A DNA stretch of 64,000 nucleotides, from positions 1,984,001 to 2,048,000 of the forward strand of contig OZ176053.1 in NCBI GenBank assembly GCA_964247055.1, given 5' to 3'. Shown here one piece after another: positions 14,201 through 27,560 of the stretch (within the stretch, counting starts at the first letter, position 1; each line of letters opens with the position of its first letter). The notes below the pieces were generated by a model, which saw only the letters and a program-made list of their open reading frames with translations, was not told the DNA's origin and did no database searches. Source of the DNA: Paragordius varius (lineage: Eukaryota; Animalia; Nematomorpha). A program made the translations under genes and the position numbers.

Positions 14201-17200
14201 CGAAACGAAAGGCGGCTGTTATGAAACCCTGATCGACTGTGGCATCCACTTTTTCATCATAGCCATTGAAGTAACCTGTGTGTGCTAGTTCAAGGTTAAA
14301 TCGTTTAATATCTTTGGTGCTTAGGATTATGGGTAGGAATTCGCTAAATGCAATATGCTGTATTTCGGCTGCAAGTATGCGCCTCCCTTCCTGATAACTA
14401 TACACATTGTATAATTCGTAAAATTTATTCACAAATTATAACAAATTTAAAAATCCACTTAAGGATATTAAATTAAAATAAAAATTTAAAAACTACCCAG
14501 ATATATTAAATAAGGTGTAATAAGCTGTATCTCTGAATTTGAATTACGATTTCGGGGATATGTATCGTTTTTCAAATATAAAATAAAAAGTGTACAATAG
14601 TGTTCTACTGATTATGCAATTATTTTCTTTTAACAAAAAAACGTTCAAATTTAGCATATAAGAGGCCTGAAATACGCCCTAAAATATTTTATTTCAAAAT
14701 TTAAAAATAGATAAATGGCTGTCAAAATTAGAATAGAATCAGCAGAATTCCCACGCTTTTATTTAAATTCATATTTTTTTGATAGTGTGTAAACGATTAT
14801 CAACAATAAACTTACAGTAAAAAATAGAATATTAAAAAAAATCTAAATAGGACAAGTATATATATAAAAAGACAACCATACTTTTTCAAACCTTAATTTT
14901 TCCCATATAAACTATTTAGTCATCATTTAACATATAATAATTCCGAGTACATGCGAATTATATCTCTACTCCCTATTTTGCGCAATATGATGAGTTATAA
15001 TTAAAACAGTTGTATTTTACAAAAATATTTGTTTTCACCAGAATTAAATTACAGTATGCATTTTAATGTCTGTTAAGTAATTTTATTGCCTGCCAAATAA
15101 CATAAATGGTTTATCAAAAGCGTAAAATACTGACCCACGAAATTATTTCGTAGTACACATATGAAAGAAGATTGACGTGAGAATTAACATAGGCTTTAAT
15201 TTGATGGATATTTTGTAATGTTAAATGAGAATATTATAGCAATTTATGTTAACATTTGTAATATTGTTGTTACGTATTTAGATGCGGAATTTTGTGGGTT
15301 TTTATCTTTGATAAATTAATAAATAGTAAAATACGTATTTTAAGATATTTTATGTTAATTATTCCTAAATTTAATAATAAATATTTTTCAACATGCTAAA
15401 TACCTGTATTAATTAATCTTGGTATTATAATTTTATATAGTTGTTATTACTAATTAAAAAAACACAGGTAAATATATATTTGTGAAAATTTAAGTAGATT
15501 TTTGTCTTTTATGTTTTGCATTATTTTTATCAGGTAAAAATTGCGGTTTTAAATAAATTTCCTAAAAATTTAGTTTTTTTTTGTTTTTTAGGTTTTGCAT
15601 TGTTAGTTGTAATTAATTACTACATATTTTGGACATTATAATAAATAGAGGTAAAAATTGCGGTTTTTAACAAATTCAGTAAAAATTTAGTTTTTTTTGT
15701 TTTTTTAGGTTTTGCATTGTTAATTGTAATTAACTACTACATATTTTGGACATTTTAATAATTACAGGTAATAATTGCGGTTTTTAAAAAATTTAGTAAA
15801 AATTTTGTTTTTTTTGTTTTTTTAGATTTTGCATTGTTAATTGTAATTAACTACTACATATTTTGGACATTTTAATAATTACAGGTAAAAATTGCGGTTT
15901 TTAACAAATTTAGTAAAAATTTTGTTTTTTTGTTTTTTTTAGGTTTTGCATTGTTAATTGTAATTAACTACTACATATTTTGGACATTTTAATAATTACA
16001 GGTAAAAATTGCGGTTTTTAACAAATTCAGTAAAAATTTAGTTTTTTTTATTTTTTTAGGTTTTGCATTGTTAATTGTAACTAACTACTGCATATTTTGG
16101 ACATTATAATAATTACAAAATTTAGTAAAAAGTTAATTTTTTTGTTTTAGAGGATTTTCATTGTTAATTGTAATTAATTAATTTTGGACATTTCAATTAA
16201 TAAAGGTAAAAAATGAGGTTGTTTTTATATTTAATAAAATTTAATATTTTCTTGTTTTTTTATTTAATATTGTTAATTGTAATTAATTACTACATATTTG
16301 GAAATTTTAATAAATACAGGTGAAAATGGCGGTTTTTAACAAATTTCAAATGTAACATATCTTGTATCATTGTTATTTAATTAATTACTAAATATTTTGG
16401 ACATTTAAAAAACTTGTGTAAATTGCGGTTTTTATTAAAATAGTAAATTTTATTTTTTGTTCAACCTTGCTAATTTATTTATCACTATATATTTGTGATA
16501 CATTGATATATACAGGTAAAAATTACTATGACTTGCGGTTTTTTGAATTTTTTAAAATATTTTTTTTACATTGATAACTTATATAATAAATATAGTTAAC
16601 ATATCTGAGTAGGTAAAAATGCATGTTACGGTTTTATGTTTGACATTTTATTTTCCATCAACTATTTATATTTTAACAAACAACTTATGTCACCAAAGAT
16701 TGAAAATAAGATCAAGATATATAAAACATCTTTTAAAGTATCTGAATATCGCCAAATATAAATAAATTTATTTAAATTATAAATGTATAATTATACAAAA
16801 TATTCATATTATGTTTGAAATTAACATTCTTCTTATTGATATTAATACAGGTAATTTGTTTATATAAATGATGTACGATGCGGTGTGCGTTCATGATGAT
16901 CATATGGATTGAAGAATAGTATAAGATTGACTTGGCTTTTTAACAACTAAATTTGCAAAAAAATATTTTCTTCATGATAAAAAATTCAAAAATGATACTT
17001 TATGTTTTTTTCGTTCTACCATCATAAACTATAAATATGAAAATGCTTATATGATTTCACCATACCAATGACGTCAAATAGAAAATAGAAACAAATAATT
17101 TTTTTCAAAAGCTTGGAATGCAACAGCACTCCAAAAGCAGGCAACACTAACATTGTTTGCTTTGGTGAAGAATAATTTTTTATATTTATAGTTTAGGATG

Positions 17201-20200
17201 GTAAAACGAAAACGTAAAATAAGGTATCATTTTTGAATTTTTTATCATGAAGAAAATATTTTTTTGCAAATTTAGTTGTTAAAAAGCCAAGTCAACCTTT
17301 TGAGTTTCCTTTCAAACTATGAATGTTTCCCCCAATATTTCCAGGTATCAATTTTCTAATATATCAATTATCTTATATTTTAGGTGATAGAATCTACCTA
17401 AAAAATGATGGTGATTAAAATATTCAGGATTATCTACATCTTATACTATTCTTCAATCCATATGATCATCATGAACGCACACCGCATCGTACATCATTTA
17501 TATAAACAAATTACCTGTATTAATACAATAAGAAGAATGTTAATTTCAAACATAATATAAATATTTTGTATAATTATACATTTATAATTTAAATAAATTT
17601 ATTTATATTTGGCGATATTCAGATACTTTAAAAGATGTTTTATATATCTTGATCTTATTTTCAATCTTTGGTGACATAAGTTGTTTGTTAAAATATAAAT
17701 AGTTGATGGAAAATAAAATGTCAAACATAAAACCGTAACATGCATTTTTACCTATTCAGATATGTTAACTATATTTATTATATAGGTTATCAATGTAAAA
17801 AAAATATTTTAAAAAATTCAAAAAACCGCAAGTCATAGTAATTTTTACCTGTATATATCAATGTATCACAAATATATAGTGATAAATAAATTAGCAAGGT
17901 TGAACAAAAAATAAAATTTACTAATTTAATAAAAACCGCAATTTACACAAGTTTTTTAAATGTCCATATTTAGTAATTAATTAAATAACAATGATACAAG
18001 ATACAAAAAATGTTACATTTGAAATTTGTTAAAAACCGCAATTTTTACCTGTAATTATTAAAATGTCCAAAATATGTAGTAATTACAATTAACAATGCAA
18101 AACCTAAAAAACTAAATTTTTAGTAAATTTATTAAAAACCGCAATTTTTACCTCTATTTATTATAATGTCCAAAATATGTAGTATTAATTACAACTAACA
18201 ATGCAAAACCTAAAAAACAAAAAAAAACTTAATTTTTAGGAAATTTATTAAAAACCGCAATTTTTACCTGATAAAAATAATGCAAAACACAAAAGACAAA
18301 AATCTACTTAAATTTTCACAAATATATATTTACCTGTGTTTTTTTAATTAGTAATAACAACTATATAATATTATGATACCAAGATTAATTAATACAGGTA
18401 TTTAGCATGTTGAAAAATATTTATTATTAAATTTAGGAATAATTAACATAAAATATCTTAAAATACGTATTTTACTATTTATTAATTTATCAAAGAATAA
18501 AACCCACAAAATTCCGCATCTAAATACGTATCAACAATATTACAAATGTTAACATAAATTGATATAATATTCCCAAAATTTAACATTACAAAATATCCAT
18601 CAAATTAAAGCCTATGTTAATTCTCACGTCAATCTTCTTTCATATGTGTACTACGAAATAATTTCGTGGGTCAGTATTTTACGCTTTTGATAAACCATTT
18701 ATGTTATTTGGCAGGCAATAAAATTACTTAACAGACATTAAAATGCATACTGTATTTTAAACATCAATTTTCGATTGCTATAAGTGATCTTAATATAATT
18801 ACAAAAATATACTAAATTAAAAATTAAACTAAAAAAACATATTTGTCCGTTTTTAGGTTTGTTCTGTATAATTTCATTTTTTAATGTAATTCGTAATTTA
18901 TTTAAAGGCTATAAAACTTACAGCTTTTCATCGTCCCAATGCGGATTTATTTTAGCCAAATAGTATACTATTCTATTGTGTTCTCGCATAAATATTGTGT
19001 GAACCGATATGAGTGGTGAATTTTCATTCGTTCGTTCATCACCTATAATACATGATAAATGATATCATTTATTATTTATTTATAAGTTTTTTAATCAACA
19101 TAAATATGAGAATCTCAAGCTTTTATACTTAAGGTTTACAAAATATTTGATACATATTACTTATTTGCATTATAAAAAATATTACATTATATAAATTATA
19201 CATTTTTCAATCAACATATTTGTAAAAATATGGACCTCTCAAATTCTAACACCTATGGTCTCTCGAAATATTTAAAACATATTACCTCAACGTACCTGCA
19301 GCAAAACAACGAAATGGTCCAGTTTTATTAGCGCATTGTTCTGAAGCTGGTCTATTCCCTACCGGTAACAAAGGTAGGAGATATGGGTTTTCTGGATTTT
19401 CTTGAGTTTTTAACAAACCTATTATTACAGTTTTTTTGGTGTTCATTGTAAAATTTTACAAATTATGATTGGAAAGATTTCAAAAAATTATAGATGTATT
19501 AGTTATCTTTATTTTTTATTGGGGTAAGATTTTAAATTTAAAATATTATATATTAGATTGTGAATAATTTGCATATCTCAGATCGGATTGTACATATATA
19601 ATATACACTGCACTATCTTGTAAAATATACAGTAAAATTGAAATTATACGGTAAAAATATTAGAACTGAATGACAATACGTTTTTAACATTCATTTTTTT
19701 AATATAACCAATTTTGGGTCGCAAAATAGGGAATAGCGTTGTAAATTTTTACACATCCAATATAAATACTGTAAATTTTAATTAAATGAAACCATTATAA
19801 TTTTTCAGATAATAGTTGGCACTACATTCTAAATTATTTAATTGAGAAAAAAGGTTATATTTATTTAGGTTACCATATTCAAAAGCCCGTAGATTGTTAG
19901 CAACTGCGTGTTTGGAACCGTATATTTGTGATCCATCGATATAGGACGTTACCTCATTCAACTGCTGTCTAACACCTAATTACATGAAAAGTTTTATCTT
20001 TTAATACAGTAATGCATTTTAATGGTAGCTTATTTCACTCTATAAAAGGGCAAGTTGAAACACAAAAGTGTATGGAAAAGAAAGGAAATACAGTAGCGTA
20101 TGCAGTAAAAGATTGTTAGTGCAAAATAATCAAAACACAAAACAGGGGGATATTATGGATATGTTTATAAAATAAGACTGAATGATAATCGAAATATGAA

Positions 20201-23200
20201 AATTGAGGACATTTGGTCAGCACATTTGGTATTGAAAAGCTAATAAAATTTTTGTGAGAAATATTTATGATGTTTTTTATTGAAAATTTAGAAAATATTT
20301 ATGAATACTCAGAGGAAAATGAAGCCACAATACCAAATATTCAACAAACTTCTAGAAATGTATTACAGGATATATCCAATTTAGATAACGTTACTAGAAG
20401 ATTAGATAATATTATTTAACATGTTGCATTAGAATTATTGTTCATATATACTTATTTCACAATAGTGTTAATAAATAGATTTTTATTATTATAATATATG
20501 GTTTTTATTGTTGCACATTTAAGAAAATTGTTAAAAATATCATTGTGTTTAAAATCTTTCCGTTGATCTGTGTAAAAGACAAGGTGTCGGTTAATAAAAA
20601 ATAATATAAGTAATGCATTTAACAAGTAAACTTATGTAATTTATTTTTAACTACAAAAACCCCAAATTTTAAAAATCCTTTAATTTTTCACCTCACGCTT
20701 ATTTAGTTTTAAATAGATCGAGAAAAGCAAGTAATAATTTAAATAAAGATCTTGTATAATTTCTAATTGTATTTGTATACAGTTCCATAATTCAAATCAC
20801 GAATGTTCTACCATTAAGTGAAAAATAAACATTTTTTAATAAAAAATCTGGGAAATAATGTTTCACTAATATTTTTACAATTTTTCATTGCAATTTTACA
20901 AAAAAAAATGCGCATTTTTACATATACCAAGATTGTCCCCTGATTTTGTATACACTATCCATAATATTCCCCTGTGTGTTTTTTAGATTATTGCGCACTA
21001 ACAATCTTTTACTGCATACGCTTAATTGCTTATTTAACATTTTGTTGTTTTTTGCACACAGTACTACAGTAGCGTATGCAGTAAAAGATTGTTAGTGCAA
21101 AATAATCTTAATTAACACAAAACAGGGGGACAATTTTCATATATTAATTATCATTCAGTCCTAATTATAAACATATCCATAATATCCCCCTGTTTTGTGT
21201 TCATTAAGATTATTTTGCACTAACAATCTTTTACTGCATACGCTACTGTATGTTGCAAATTGCCCTTATAGTGTGAAATAAGCAACCATTAAAATGCATA
21301 TTGCACCGTAAAATTAAACTAATTTTTGAAACTTGCAACACCGCATAGCTCATAAAAAGTTAAAATTTAAAAGTTATAAAACATAAACTATAGATTGGCA
21401 CAGATATGCAAAAATACTTTTTCAACGTAAAAAAATTACGCAAATAGCTGTTTTATTAAAATACAACGATAAATGAATTTGCCTTAAACGGGAGTTTTTA
21501 AATCTGTTTATAAAAAGTAGATAGTTTGATAAATACATATCAAAAATGAATATAAAATTAACCTAAACGACAATCTCTGGGAATAGAAGGGAGAGACCTA
21601 ACAGCTTCCATACAAGTTTGATTAACACGACTAAAGAAAAAATCATCCGCCGGCAGTTCAACTGGCATACATTGGGGGTGCCCTATATTTTGTCCGCAAC
21701 ATAGGAGACGTCCTTGTTTAAATCCTATATACCATAGAATTTTAGCAAATTACCATTTTAAACAAGCGATTTCAATAAGCCAAAAAAGTCTAAAATTGAT
21801 ATATATATATATAAATTTAATCCATAAAATTGTGTAATGTTACCATAAAATGATCAATAAATATTTTTAGCTTTTTTTGTGTCAAAACTTTTAACAATAA
21901 ACCGGTTGGACTAGATGCAAGGGCGAATTCGTGATCCATTAGCTGTCCAAAGGCCATTACCATAGCTGTGAGCACAGGGTCCTCCAATGTTTTAGTTGGC
22001 AGAGTGGTTGTGCTAATTAAACGAGGATTTGGTAATTCCGTCCCATCAAACGATAATCGGGGCGAGTTTAAACCTAAAATTCAGGGTTGTTGCAGTAAAT
22101 TATAGATAAGAGTGCTCTAAGGTTTCAAAAACTTATGTATAAGGTTGAGAAGGTTGGCCCTAAAAATGTATTCTTCATACAATTTTATGGATATTTTTAT
22201 GTTAACATACTAGAGTCACAGCATTCCATTCTAATTTAACATTAATCATGTCAATTAATACATAAAATTGCCCTTAATACTTTTCGGGCCGATTGGAAAA
22301 AACATTATAAATATATTTTAATAAAGTATTTGAATTTAACACGGTAAATCACAAGTGCATAACTAAGATTAATATGTTTGTGTTTGTAGTATTAATAGTT
22401 AAACCAAACCACACGTTTTTGAACATCATAATTAATTTTTTTTTATTTTAATGGCTAAAATAATGTTTTATATGACGCGTTTTTCATACATCTGAAATAG
22501 TTTTGGATTTTATTTATTTGCATATAAGTCAAGCATTATACCATCGCCATAGTCGGGGTATATGAAGCGAATGGGTGGGCTAAAAGATGTTCCCCAAATA
22601 GGGTTTTTGAGATTGTTGCAAAAACCATCAATTTCCCGGTATAATGGATGACACAATCTACGCTTGTAAATGCGATATTTGTATGGGCAATTCCGATGGA
22701 GTGTCGTATTGTAGAGGGGTAGACTATTAAGGTATGCAGCTAATTCATATTTGTTGTATTGCCCACTAAATAAGTTATATATCGAAAACAACTGTTAAAA
22801 ACTGTAAAATAAATGAAAAAGTTATTACATATATCAAAAAATAACTGTTAAAAACTGTAAAATAAATGTTTTTTAACTAAAAATTATTATATATCAAAAA
22901 ATAACTGTTAAAAACTGTAAAATATATGTTTTTTAACTAAAAATAGTTACAGAAAAATTAGTTAGTATTGTCATACTCTAAAAGTCGGCCAAGCGTATCA
23001 GAAGCAAAGGATGAAATAAATCCCAGTCTGACTTTGCGAAACATGAAGGGTGCACCACTCAGTACCACGCTATCTAAATCATCTACATAAAATTTTTATA
23101 ATAATATAAGCAAAATTATGGATTGGGGTTTCATTAAAGATATCTCTATATGGTTCAACTTTCCTTATATAAATTATTTAGTTACAATAAATTGGTTGAA

Positions 23201-25827
23201 TTTAATATTCTTCTCTATTACATACTTTGCAATTTTAAACAAGAATATATATTTAAAACTAAAGATTTAATATGTATGGCTGTTTTTTAGAAAAAAATAT
23301 TTGTCCTTACATTTTTACGTTTGGTCCGTATAATTTTAAATTTTATTGTAAACGCTGAAAATAGAAAATATATAAAAATATAAATTAATTTAAACAGTTT
23401 ATGGGTTGACCAGTTTTATAATCTAACCAGCGACAATATATATTTATGCATATACATATCTTTAAAAAATGGTTATAAAAAAATTGTTTTCAACTGATAA
23501 AAATTTCTGAATTGGTAAACGACTGCGTGCTTTATTTGAAACATGGATATAAATATTACAAGAATTTTTCGATACCCACGATTTATCGAAAGCGGGGATT
23601 GAACATAATTAAACTAAAATCTATATATTTATAAAAATGGAAAATGCTGGCTTTGTGATCTGGTACAGGAAAAACGGTAAACCCATTCAAATCCAAACTT
23701 CGAAAAAATATCATTAATGAATGCCCCGACAATAGCTTCGCCCTTTTTTGAAATAGGCCCCCAGTTTGGGCCCACCCCGTGTGAAAAATGGGTTTTTTTT
23801 TGAAAACAGAAGTCCACAAAAATCGTGTCTTTGAGACAATTTTCCGGAGAACGTGTTGGACCATTCAATTTTAAATATGATTTTTGTTTACTTATTTTCG
23901 ATCGCTGAACATAGTCGAGTCACTTTTTTGATTCAGGCCCTCTTTTTACCCGCTCCCCCCGTGAAATGCCACCTTTTTTTAAAAAACAAAATCCACAAAA
24001 ATAATTTAAATCGATTTTTCGCCCTAGGTATGAGACCGTAAAAATTCAATATGGACTCCACGTTTTCCCTGTTAAAAGGCAAAAATTTTAGTCCACTGTT
24101 TAGCTGCTGGGTAAGGAGCTACCCGCTAAAAACTGATTTCTCATATAACTTTGTGATCTGTTTCCTGAAAACCGGTGAACCCAATCAAATCCAAACATCG
24201 AAAAAATTTAATCATTAATGAATGCCCCGACAATAGTTTCGCCCTTTTTGGAATTAGGTCCCCATTTCGGGCCTACCCCGTGTGAAAAATGGGTTAAGTC
24301 AATTTTTTGGAGAACGTGTTGGACCATTCAATTTCAAATATGATTTTGTTTACTTATTTTTGATCGCGCTGAACATAGTCGACTCACTTTTTTGATTTAG
24401 GCTCTCTTTTTACCCGCTATCCCCGTAAAATGCCATTTTTTTCAAAAAAAACAAAGTCCACAAAAAAAATTTTTTGATTGTATTTTTTTGCCCAAGGTAT
24501 GAGACTGTAAAAATTTGTGAGGGATTTTTCGTATTGCCTGTTAAAAGGCAAAAATTTTAGTCAAGCGTTTGTTTGATGATAGCTGCTGAGTAAGGAGTAT
24601 CTATCATATGTATAGGATGTTAAAAGATATATGGATAGTAATACATTATTTATGGTAATCTATATATTTATAAAAATGGAAAATGCTGGCTTTGTGATCT
24701 GGTACAGGAAAAACGGTAGACGCATTCAAATCCAAACTTCAAAAAAATATAATCATTAATGAATGCCCCGACAATAGCTTCGTTCTTTTTTGAAATAGGC
24801 CCCCAGTTCGGGCCCACCCCGTGTGAAAAATGGGTTTTTTTGAAAACATAAGTCCACAAAAATAGTGTCTTTGAGACAATTTTCCGGAGAACGTGTTGGA
24901 CCATTCAATTTTAAATATGATTTTTGTTTACTTATTTTCGATTGGGCTGAACATAGTCGAGTCACTTTTTTGATTTAGGCCCTCTTTTTACCCGCTCCCC
25001 CCGTAAAATGCCACCTTTTTCAAAAAACAAAGTCCACAAAAATAATTGTTTAAATCGATTTTTCGCCCTAGGTATGAGACCGTAAAAATTCAATATGGAT
25101 TCCACGTATTCCCTGTTAAAAAGAAAAAATTTTAGTCCACCGTTTATTTGATGATAGCTGCTGGGTAAGGAGCTACCCGCTAAAAACTGATTCCTCATGT
25201 AACTTTGTGATCTGGTACCGGAAAACCGGTAGACCCATTCAAATCCAAACTTCGAACCCCCCCCCTCCCAGAAGTCCGAAGGACTTCCTCGGGCTGCGTA
25301 GCAGCACGAGATTTACGCTAGTATATTATAATATAATAACCGCTTCCTATTAATTTAACAAAGGAAGAACATATTTATACAAAAATGTAAGAAGAGCTTT
25401 AAGCTTTAAAGGTATAATTATGGAAAAAGTTGTAAGAAAAATTCATTTAGTTAAAATTAAAATGACTCAAGGGTGCTGATCATATCGACAACAGATTATT
25501 TCAGATTTCGATTCCACAAACTTGATAATACAATAATAAACAATATGCAAAACATATAAAAAATTTATAAATCATAAATCAACCAAATTTGAGGATTTCC
25601 GTTAAATTTTCCATTTCATCAACCCGAGTTTCGGCATCTTGAATAGCTTGAAAGATCTCATAAGGTGTTAACAGGGTCGTCGTTCTTTGAGCAAATGGAT
25701 AAATTAGATTATGCGATTTCCAAATGGGATATAAATTGCTTAGAATGATAAAAATAAGGCCAAAATTTATTTGAAATCTATTGTCGGTCGCTTTGTACCA
25801 ATGTAAACTGTTCGGATCGTTTACCAT
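11277..25827 (-). CDS. Animal heme peroxidase (peroxinectin/chorion-peroxidase-like)
   Basis: About 14 GT-AG exons: [17 protein letters not shown], distal [38 protein letters not shown], proximal [44 protein letters not shown], and C-terminal [12 protein letters not shown] with stop at 11277. The start codon is uncertain. Confidence 0.93.
11422..11674. mobile_element. MITE family A copy (core inverted)
   Basis: Same TIR units and core in reverse orientation. Confidence 0.75.
15530..16440 (+). repeat. ~117-bp tandem repeat (about 7-8 copies; about 3 inverted copies in the right arm)
   Basis: Unit ACAGGTAAAAATTGCGGTTTTTAACAAAT...TTTAGGTTTTGCATTGTTAATTGTAATTAACTACTACATATTTTGGACAT. Confidence 0.9.
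16927..17295. mobile_element. ~370-bp MITE with ~120-bp TIRs in the foldback loop
   Basis: TTGACTTGGCTTTTTAACAACTAAATTTGC... matches ...GCAAATTTAGTTGTTAAAAAGCCAAGTCAA in inverse. Confidence 0.8.
20007..21308. mobile_element. CAGTA(A)TGCATTTTAATGG-ended MITE containing two nested CAGTAGCGTATGCAG elements
   Basis: Outer TIRs at 20007-20070 and 21250-21308. Inner elements at 20091-21022 and 21067-21248. Confidence 0.7.
21067..21248. mobile_element. 182-bp hairpin MITE (pogo-like CAGTA ends, TA TSD)
   Basis: TA|CAGTAGCGTATGCAGTAAAAGATTGTTAGTGCAAAATAATC...GATTATTTTGCACTAACAATCTTTTACTGCATACGCTACTG|TA. Confidence 0.88.
22780..22945. repeat. ~60-bp tandem repeat x3
   Basis: ATATCAAAAAATAACTGTTAAAAACTGTAAAATAAATG repeated at 22780, 22831 and 22891. 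Confidence 0.85.
23620..25321 (+). mobile_element. Composite non-autonomous Helitron with ~520-bp internal tandem units
   Basis: 5' A|TCTATATATTTATAAAAATGG at 23620 and again at 24659. 3' hairpin CTCGGGCTGCGTAGCAGCACGAG followed by CTAG|T at 25318-25322. Three full units and one partial unit. Confidence 0.82.
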
Positions 25828-26633
25828 AGAAAATTACAGCAAAGTTTTTAACGGGGAAAAAATTTAATTGTTAATAATAACTTTTACTTTTATTGTGATA
25901 ATTTATTGATGAAACATTGATAGGAGTTGTTTAATCAGGAGAAATTACCTGTAAATTTAATTAATTAACCTAAATCGTTTCTCAGAATTGAGTATTAGTA
26001 GATCTTAGTAGGAAAAAGCTGTCAAGCTAACCCATCTATTATTTTTAAAACATGGTATATTAAATTATGTATTATGTAATAATTGAGTGTTTCATATATA
26101 AACATTTTTAATTATTTTAAAAAAAATTGTATTTAATTCTGTGATCTGACCGAAAGCTTTAAAAATCCAACTTTATTATGCGTTCAACAATTGATATATT
26201 TATGGTTGTTTTCAAATGAATTATCAATTAAATCATAATAAGCTTTTAATGATTTTTATAAGTTTTCAAACATCTTTAGTTATTATAATTTTTTTTCATT
26301 ATAAAACCGTATTTTAGTCTTTATCCTGGTTAAAAATGCTATCTTTCTTTTTTTGTATTAAGGTAAATAATTTTTTGCTTTTAATGTTCTTGTTCATGAT
26401 AGGTCTATCATTGCTGATTGTAAATATACTGTAAATTTTAAAATACTTCAAATTAGCTATCCCATCTTGTACGCTTTGTATAAACTATTTTGAGAATAAT
26501 CAAAAGCTAATATTCATAATTATTGGCAAATAAGGCTAAGTTTTTTAGCTTTTGACATTTATATATAACAGGAGGAGTAGTTTAATCTCAAGATAATGAA
26601 GTAATATCCACTCTGAGTTATTTCATAAATAAT

Positions 26634-26917
26634 GTAAAAACTGAAATTATATGGACAAAACGTAAATATATAAAAACAAATAATTTTTTAAACGACAACC
26701 ATACTTTTTAAAACCTTAGTTTTTGCTTATAAATCATTTAATTGCAATAGTATAACATATAACTGATTGTGTTTTACCAATTTACATTTCCATTTTATAA
26801 TTTACTGTTCAAAACTATAATTTATATTGAAACACATCAAGATTTAAATACGGTTGTTTTCTAAAAAACATATTCGTCTTTTAACGTTTTGTCCGTATAT
26901 AGTTCCAATTATTACTG
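26634..26917. mobile_element. pogo-like MITE family B (relatives near 19629-19772, 23190-23345, 32525-32815, 35296-35515)
   Basis: TIR CAGTAAAA.TGAAAT...GGACAAAACGT / ACGTTTTGTCC...TACTG|TA and shared AAGACAACCATACTTTT core. Confidence 0.7.
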
Positions 26918-27560
26918 TATGTAAAACATGTTTATAATGCATAAAGTTTTTCCGTTTTTGTAAAACAGACAATTTAACCGGAATTCAGATAAACAAATAG
27001 CTTATTAACGCTTCAAAACATTTTAGGATATCAAATATTATAAATCAAGTTTCATATAAATATTTTTTTCCGTTATATTATACCATCTTTGTCTTTAACC
27101 CTTGGAAACTTTAAATTGACCCCTAAACCTTTAAAATCACTGGAACATTTCAAATTTCCCTTATTTAAAATATTTCCTTAAACATTTAAAATTACCCAAA
27201 GAGATTTGAAATTTACCCTAAAAATAATTATGCGTTTTTCAGCAAGTTTTTATATTTGTTTTTGGCATAATTTATATTTTTCCATTCATTAACTATTTTA
27301 ATGATTTTTTCAAAAATATAAAATTAAAAATAATGATATAGAAGTATATATTAAAATATTTTGGTTCAAAGCTTGAAATTCTCAAATATGGTATATTCAA
27401 AAAAATTTAACTAACATAAAACTAGCAACAATGATTTGAAATATATATATAAAAACTATTTGTAAATACACCAATAAGATAAATTAATTATAATTTATTA
27501 AAGTTATATAAAAATATATGTGTAAAAGTGTCAAAAAAAGATGCGTCTGCCATTGTAAAT

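Larger units (their letters stand above)
15052..18752. mobile_element. Foldback-type DNA element with long inverted arms (15052-16928 and 17439-18752), CAGTATGCATTTTAATG termini and TA flanks
   Basis: The two arms are near-identical reverse complements on direct reading, TA flanks both ends, and the arms differ mainly in copy number of an internal ~117-bp tandem repeat. Confidence 0.9.

Noticed and set aside
23583-25198. Recurrent 60-90 aa ORFs ([12 protein letters not shown]..., and 40118-40315)
   Set aside because: They are antisense readings of non-coding Helitron units, with frames not conserved between copies.
25930-25972. Possible 21-nt intron upstream of the peroxidase (minus strand)
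   Set aside because: No coding homology to anchor it, so it cannot be supported without transcripts.
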